Assembly (NCBI GenBank): GCA_039589275.1 | Contig: JBDHHP010000070.1 | Coordinates: 1-19,328, forward strand | DNA from: Gemmatimonadota bacterium | Lineage (GTDB): Bacteria; Gemmatimonadota; Gemmatimonadetes; Gemmatimonadales; GWC2-71-9 | Reading direction: 5' to 3' | DNA length: 19,328 bases | Shown here: positions 14,515 to 19,328 of the stretch, piece by piece | Layout of the letters: each line of letters starts with the position of its first letter | Position numbering within the stretch: the stretch's first letter is position 1 | The notes under the pieces: generated by a model | What the model was told of the DNA's origin: nothing | The model's input: only the letters and a program-made list of their open reading frames with translations | Databases searched by the model: none | Made by a program: the position numbers and the translations under genes

Positions 14515-15430
14515 CCTTGCCATATGAACTGTATTTCGGGCTTGAAATTGGGGTGTTCAGGGATCCGATTGACCTAGTTTAAGTCAAGGGCCAGGGGCGC
14601 GTGGATTACCCCTGATTGGGGTCAAAACGCCCAACAGAAGGCCGCCGAGCTACTGCACGTTCCCTCCTCGCTTTAGGTCCAGGCGGCGCGGCTCTAGTTT
14701 AAGCGGCAAGTACGTGGCCCAGCCACGACGATCACGCCGCTAAGAAGCTAAACCCGGGCTCTGTCCCGCTTCACTACCCTCAGCACGCGGCGGATTCGAC
14801 TGTTTAAGCCACAATCGGCGTCTACTCCAATCCACCCCCAGGGCCCTCAAAAGGTCAAAGCACACCATCATCTGGGTGAACCAGACCTAAATCAGAGCAC
14901 GTCTTTCGTCGGCCATAGTGACAGACTGTCGCAACTCGCTGGACTACAAGTAACAGCGAATGGACTCTAAGTTGTTGTCGTTAATCGACTTAGCGAGTCC
15001 GCTCCACGCCGTATAATGAACATTATGTTAAGTAGACCCCTACCCGGGATCTCTATGGGGACCCCCCGATTCACCATCCCTAACATGGGACGCCTGGTCA
15101 AAAAGAGGCAGTTTTGAGGTCGGTATCTGAGTTCTACTGGTCTCGAATGGGGCCCCAATTGCAGAAGGGTCCCTCTAACCCCCGCTAGTCTGTACTTGGA
15201 GGCCGATTCACTTCCTGGACCCGGCTCACTGTTTTACGATGGGCTTCGAGGGGCTAGTTTTGCGCCTGTCGACAACACCACTGATTTGAGGCGGGCAATC
15301 ACTGACCCGTGACTGTTCAGCGATGCGGTACTCTACTCATGGCTTCTTGACCACTGCGGCAAACTCGTCCCCGGCAGTAGCCCCGTCCAAAAACTTGCGA
15401 AATGTCCTATGATACGACATATTGTCAGGC

Positions 15431-16147
15431 ATGAAGACATATCACGGCCGCTGGATCCAAATCGGCATCAACTTGCTGCTGGAGCGCAGCGCGCTGCCGG
15501 GAGCTGGGGTAAAACTCGCACGCAGGGTATTTGGCCTCACTCAGCAGCACGTGGCCGACATGATCGGTGTGACCACCAGGACGGTCAACCGATGGGAAGG
15601 TGGTGCCACGACCCCCAAGACGCGGGATCTCCATTACTTGGCTGATAAGCTGCACGAGTACACGGTCCGCGAACTGCTGAAAGTCGACGCCTGCGTCCGC
15701 GAGTTGAATACCAGCTACCATCTTTCCGACCCTTCGGAGGAAGAACAATTACGGGCCGGGATCGAAGCAAGCTTCGAGGATATCGACCGCCGGACCGCGA
15801 CACTGGCGAAGTTCGCTGTCTTCGGCCTGCATACCCCATTTCCGATCGAAACTCTCGCTGAGTTTTTCGGCTTACCAACCAGCATTCTCAAGGTTCTGCC
15901 GCTGTCAGATAGCCCAGAAGGAAAAATGACGCTAGCGGACATCGGCATTGCCATTGAAGCGAGAGTCCGAGGAGTAGATACAGCGAAGTTTGTTGAGCAA
16001 TACAGTGGCGTCGTGGGACTGGCCCTGCTCTATGGTCAGCAGCGCGCAAGGGGCGAACTGCTTGTGGCTTGGGATCACATCTACAGCGCTCTTGTCCGGC
16101 AGTTCCCGATCGCATTGGGAATCGCAGAGGAATCTCCTGAAAGGTGA
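15431..16147 (+). CDS. HTH (XRE/Cro-type) DNA-binding regulator
   Basis: GLTQQHVADMIGVTTRTVNRWEGGATTPKTRDLHYLADKL HTH; ATG at 15431 preferred over TTG at 15422. Confidence 0.7.
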   Translation: MKTYHGRWIQIGINLLLERSALPGAGVKLARRVFGLTQQHVADMIGVTTRTVNRWEGGATTPKTRDLHYLADKLHEYTVRELLKVDACVRELNTSYHLSDPSEEEQLRAGIEASFEDIDRRTATLAKFAVFGLHTPFPIETLAEFFGLPTSILKVLPLSDSPEGKMTLADIGIAIEARVRGVDTAKFVEQYSGVVGLALLYGQQRARGELLVAWDHIYSALVRQFPIALGIAEESPER

Positions 16148-16218
16148 CCTAACAGAACCCCGGCCGGTCGCGGCAACGACCAACCGGGGTCAACCGTCAA
16201 CCTACAACGGCTTAGCAG

Positions 16219-16476
16219 ATGCAGGATAACAAGAACGAATCAAAGAATCCATTCGAGCAGTACCCTGCCCTGGAATTGTGGTGGAAGCGACTCGCCGCAG
16301 GAGTCGGCGGGCAGGACCCTGACAGACCATCAACTTGGATACTGGACCGGCTTTGGAGAGCGGCGTGCTGCGAGGCGTCCGCAATGGAAGCAGCCGCCTT
16401 GGACCAGTCGAACGGCTGGCGCGCTGACATGTTAAGGGCACGCACATTGGCCTTACGTGGCGAGAGGGCCGCATGA
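16219..16476 (+). CDS. Small hypothetical protein co-transcribed with the DUF3987-like gene
   Basis: ATG; stop overlaps the next start (ATGA at 16473-16476). Confidence 0.55.
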   Translation: MQDNKNESKNPFEQYPALELWWKRLAAGVGGQDPDRPSTWILDRLWRAACCEASAMEAAALDQSNGWRADMLRARTLALRGERAA

Positions 16477-17828
16477 GTACCGCAGCCAAGTTCAGTTTGG
16501 AGAAGGAGACGGCCTACCGCCACGCACTTGCCGAGATGGTCAACTTCGACGGGGAAACCCCTCAGCCAGTAACTCGGAGCTGGCCCGAACCACTGGGTGA
16601 AGCCGCCTACTGTGGGTTCATCGGCGAGATGGTGAGGGAGATTGAACCGCACACGGAAGCGGACCCTGTGGCGATTATGTCCCAAGCCCTGGTGATGGCT
16701 GGTAATGCCATTGGGTCCAGACCCAACTTCCAGGTCGAGAACGACATCCACCGGGTGAACGAGTACACGCTGATTGTGGCTGACACCGCATCAGGCAGGA
16801 AAGGCGTATCGCGGAACCAGGCACAAGGGCCGATTGCTCAATCCAACCCCGACTGGTCTCAGCGCATCGTGAACGGCCTCACCAGTGGCGAGGGAGTCAT
16901 CCATGCAGTACGCGACCCGATCGAGAAGCTGGAGCCGATGCGCGATGGGAAGAACGGGCCGATAACCGACTACCAGACTGTCGTGGTGGATCCTGGCGTG
17001 GATGACAAGCGCCTCATGGTAGTAGAGACCGAGTTCGCCTCGGCAATCAAGAAGATGTCGTTGCCTGGAAACACCTTATCACCAGTCATACGCCGTGCGT
17101 GGGACGGTGGGACTGAACCACTTACCACCCTGGCAAAGACGGCACATGAGAGGGCCACGGGAGCCCACATATCAATCATCGGCCACATCACGGCGTACGA
17201 GCTACAACACCGCATTGAGTCCACGGAGTTGGCGAACGGCTTTCTGAATCGGTTCTTGCTGGTGTGCGCCAAGCGCAGCAAGACGCTCCCAGATGGTGGC
17301 AACCTCTCCGAAGGCACCCGCACAGTGATGGCGAGCGCCATGGGCAAGGTTCTCAGCCGTGCTGCACAGGTGGACCGTATGGAACGCGACAAAGACGCAC
17401 GCGACCTGTGGCACGATGTGTACGCTGACCTCTCAGAACAAGTGGACGGTCTGGTCGGTGCCGTGATGGCAAGGGCCGAAGCACACGTTCTTCGGCTGTC
17501 GATGCTGTACGCTCTGCTGGATGAGAGTGCGGTCATCTGCCAACCTCACTTGGAGGCAGCACTCGAGTTCTGGAGGTACTGCAAACAGTCAGCCGAACAC
17601 TTGTTTGGGGATGTTGTAGGCGACCCTGACGTTGACCGGCTTATGAAAGCACTTCACAAGAATGGCGGCAAGATGGCCAAGACGGAGGTGTCTGCCCTCT
17701 ACAGCCGAAACAAGAAGACTGATCCGATTATCGACCGCGCCACAACGAAGGGACTGGTCGTGGTCGAAAAGGAACACACGAGCAGTCCCGGCCGGAACCC
17801 AGAGTACGTGCGACTCACGGGCAATTAA
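16473..17828 (+). CDS. DUF3987-like protein (mobile-element/plasmid type replication-associated)
   Basis: ADPVAIMSQALVMAGNAIGSRPNFQVENDIHRVNEYTLIVADTASGRKGVSRNQA (Walker A-like SGRKGVS), and central/C-terminal features (NRFLLVCAKRSKTLPDGG) as in DUF3987 proteins. Confidence 0.75.
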   Translation: MSTAAKFSLEKETAYRHALAEMVNFDGETPQPVTRSWPEPLGEAAYCGFIGEMVREIEPHTEADPVAIMSQALVMAGNAIGSRPNFQVENDIHRVNEYTLIVADTASGRKGVSRNQAQGPIAQSNPDWSQRIVNGLTSGEGVIHAVRDPIEKLEPMRDGKNGPITDYQTVVVDPGVDDKRLMVVETEFASAIKKMSLPGNTLSPVIRRAWDGGTEPLTTLAKTAHERATGAHISIIGHITAYELQHRIESTELANGFLNRFLLVCAKRSKTLPDGGNLSEGTRTVMASAMGKVLSRAAQVDRMERDKDARDLWHDVYADLSEQVDGLVGAVMARAEAHVLRLSMLYALLDESAVICQPHLEAALEFWRYCKQSAEHLFGDVVGDPDVDRLMKALHKNGGKMAKTEVSALYSRNKKTDPIIDRATTKGLVVVEKEHTSSPGRNPEYVRLTGN

Positions 17829-17852
17829 TTCGTTTAGTTCGTTTTTTTCGTA
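17824..17852 (+). repeat. TTCGTTT-rich 29-mer (right copy)
   Basis: ATTAATTCGTTTAGTTCGTTTTTTTCGTA, 12 bp upstream of the excisionase-like start. Confidence 0.75.
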
Positions 17853-17863
17853 GCCTCGGGGAA

Positions 17864-18160
17864 ATGAAGCAACACCTGGACCTGATAGCCGAGTTGAACG
17901 ACTGCTACAAGCAGCGGGTTGAACTGGACGCCCGCATCGCGGCGGCAATGGCTTCGGTCCTTAAAGGACTAGCCGAAGCCTACGGGAACACGAGCGAATC
18001 CGACGACGAATGGCTGACGGTCAAAGAGGTCGCAAAGGCTATGAAATGCTCAACCGATTACGTCTACGAACACAAGGAGACCTGGCCTTTCGCATACAAG
18101 GCCTGTGGGCGCTGGAAGTTCTCCAAGAACGGCCTTAGGCGCTGGATGGATGTACGGTGA
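17864..18160 (+). CDS. Excisionase/helix-turn-helix DNA-binding protein
   Basis: DEWLTVKEVAKAMKCSTDYVYEHKETWPFAYKACGRWKFSKNGLRRWMD: MerR-like/excisionase HTH immediately upstream of the integrase. Confidence 0.8.
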   Translation: MKQHLDLIAELNDCYKQRVELDARIAAAMASVLKGLAEAYGNTSESDDEWLTVKEVAKAMKCSTDYVYEHKETWPFAYKACGRWKFSKNGLRRWMDVR

Positions 18161-18188
18161 ACCTGTCACCCTCAAGGAGGGGGGCTGC

Positions 18189-19328
18189 ATGACCACTCGA
18201 AGGAGGCGTGACCACGGAACGGGACATATCTACCGGCGTGGTGGTGTGTGGTGGATTCAGACCCGATTCCACGGGAAGCGACACCGAGAATCGTCTCATT
18301 CAACCAAGAAGGGAGATGCCGTCAAGCTCTTGAAGCAACGGATAGCGGAACAGACGGATGGGACATTCAACCCGCGGGCCCAAGACGTGACGTTCGGTGA
18401 ACTGGCCGCCATGCTGCGGACCAACTACCGGATCAACGGCCGACGATCCAAGCGGCGTGCCGAATTGTCAATCCGACACCTGGAAGACGTCTTCGGCCAG
18501 GACAAGGCTGTGAACATCACTTATGACCGCCTGGAGAAGTACATCGAGTATCGGGCCGACGAAGGCGCGGCCCCGGCATCAATCCAGAACGAACTGGCAG
18601 CGCTGAAGTTCATGTTCAGCCTCGCAGTGAAGGCCAGGAAGTTGAACCAGAAACCCGCCTTTCCGACTGTGAAGGTCACTAACGCACGGGACGTGTTCTT
18701 CGATGATTGGGAGTTCGCGGCGTTGAAGAAGGAACTGCCGGACTACCTGAAGGGGTTAGCCGAATTCAGTTACCTGACTGGGTGGCGCATCAATTCGGAG
18801 CTTCTAGGTCTAGATGAAGGCCACCAGCCGCTGGAGTGGAACCAGGTACACTTCCAGGCTGGCGTCGTGACGCTGAAGGTGGGTACCACGAAGAACGACG
18901 AAGGCCGAACATTCCCGTTCGATGTGCTTCCCGAGTTGAAGGACATTCTGGCCCGCCAGCGAGGCTACACCGACCACTGGTCCAAGATCACCGGTAAGGT
19001 TGTCCCCTTGGTCTTCCACCGTCGCGGAGAACCCATCAAGAATTTCAGGCGTGCCTGGATGTCCGCCTGCAAGCGCGCAGACCTTGGCCGGAAGATCCCA
19101 CACGACTTCCGCAGAACCGCCGTCCGGAATCTCGAGCGGGCCGGTGTGCCCCGGTCTGTGGCAAAGAAGCTGGTAGGCCACAAGACCGACTCGATGTACA
19201 ACCGGTACGCAATCGCCAACGAGAAAGACCTACGGGAAGGCGTCCAGAAGCTTGCCGAGCTTCGCCAGGGCAAACAGGATGAAGCACCGAGAGTGTTAGC
19301 GATCGGTGGGGGAGGGAATCACGAGTGA
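18189..19328 (+). CDS. Tyrosine recombinase / integrase
   Basis: MTTRRRRDHGTGHIYRRGGVWWIQTRFHGKRHRES N-terminus; catalytic region YLTGWRINSELLGL ... HDFRRTAVRNLERAGVPRSVAKKLVGHKTDSMYNRY. Internal Met start preferred. Confidence 0.93.
   Translation: MTTRRRRDHGTGHIYRRGGVWWIQTRFHGKRHRESSHSTKKGDAVKLLKQRIAEQTDGTFNPRAQDVTFGELAAMLRTNYRINGRRSKRRAELSIRHLEDVFGQDKAVNITYDRLEKYIEYRADEGAAPASIQNELAALKFMFSLAVKARKLNQKPAFPTVKVTNARDVFFDDWEFAALKKELPDYLKGLAEFSYLTGWRINSELLGLDEGHQPLEWNQVHFQAGVVTLKVGTTKNDEGRTFPFDVLPELKDILARQRGYTDHWSKITGKVVPLVFHRRGEPIKNFRRAWMSACKRADLGRKIPHDFRRTAVRNLERAGVPRSVAKKLVGHKTDSMYNRYAIANEKDLREGVQKLAELRQGKQDEAPRVLAIGGGGNHE

Larger units (their letters stand above)
14179..19328. mobile_element. 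Probable tRNA-Gln-integrated element (right end outside window)
   Basis: Left boundary is a 3'-only tRNA fragment; contains XRE regulator, DUF3987-like gene, excisionase-like gene and integrase at the right. Confidence 0.6.

Noticed and set aside
16970-17536. 188-aa minus-strand ORF opposite the DUF3987-like gene
   Set aside because: Ser/Arg-rich shadow ORF with no domain.
1-19328. CRISPR array, rRNA or phage structural genes
   Set aside because: No regularly spaced identical repeats, no rRNA-like sequence and no capsid/terminase/portal-like proteins were seen in any frame.

Overview
Read from sequence only. Left part (1-7735): a c-type-cytochrome lipoprotein with a collagen-like Gly-x-Asp linker, then two paralogous PknB-type Ser/Thr kinases with C-terminal TPR-like regions. 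A recurring ~100-265 bp non-coding leader family is found upstream and downstream of the kinases. Centre (8220-12956, all minus strand): two tandem mercury/corrinoid-type operons. Operon 1 is merR - thioredoxin-like - merT - merP - merB behind a canonical 19-bp-spacer MerR operator. The ORF track misses its merP because an in-frame UGA sits exactly at the first Cys of the GMTCxxC metal-binding motif (GMT-UGA-T-G-C). The frame continues through a full MerP-like domain to a TAG 9 bp before merB, and a bacterial-SECIS-like hairpin lies just downstream of the UGA. I interpret this as a selenocysteine-containing MerP (MKTVEW...GMTUTGCAAAARVALRRVDGVESADVSYETGQAVVTF...). Operon 2 is tetR - class I SAM methyltransferase - HgcAB-like fusion (cap-helix NVWCAAGGG, ~5 TM helices, C-terminal 2x[4Fe-4S]-like domain) with a 30-bp operator overlapping a TTGACA-N16-TATTAT promoter. 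No merA is visible. Right part (14179-19328): a likely integrative element running from a 3' tRNA-Gln(CUG) fragment to a tyrosine recombinase. It carries an XRE-type regulator, a DUF3987-like protein, an excisionase-like gene, and an inverted pair of TTCGTTT-rich 29-mers.
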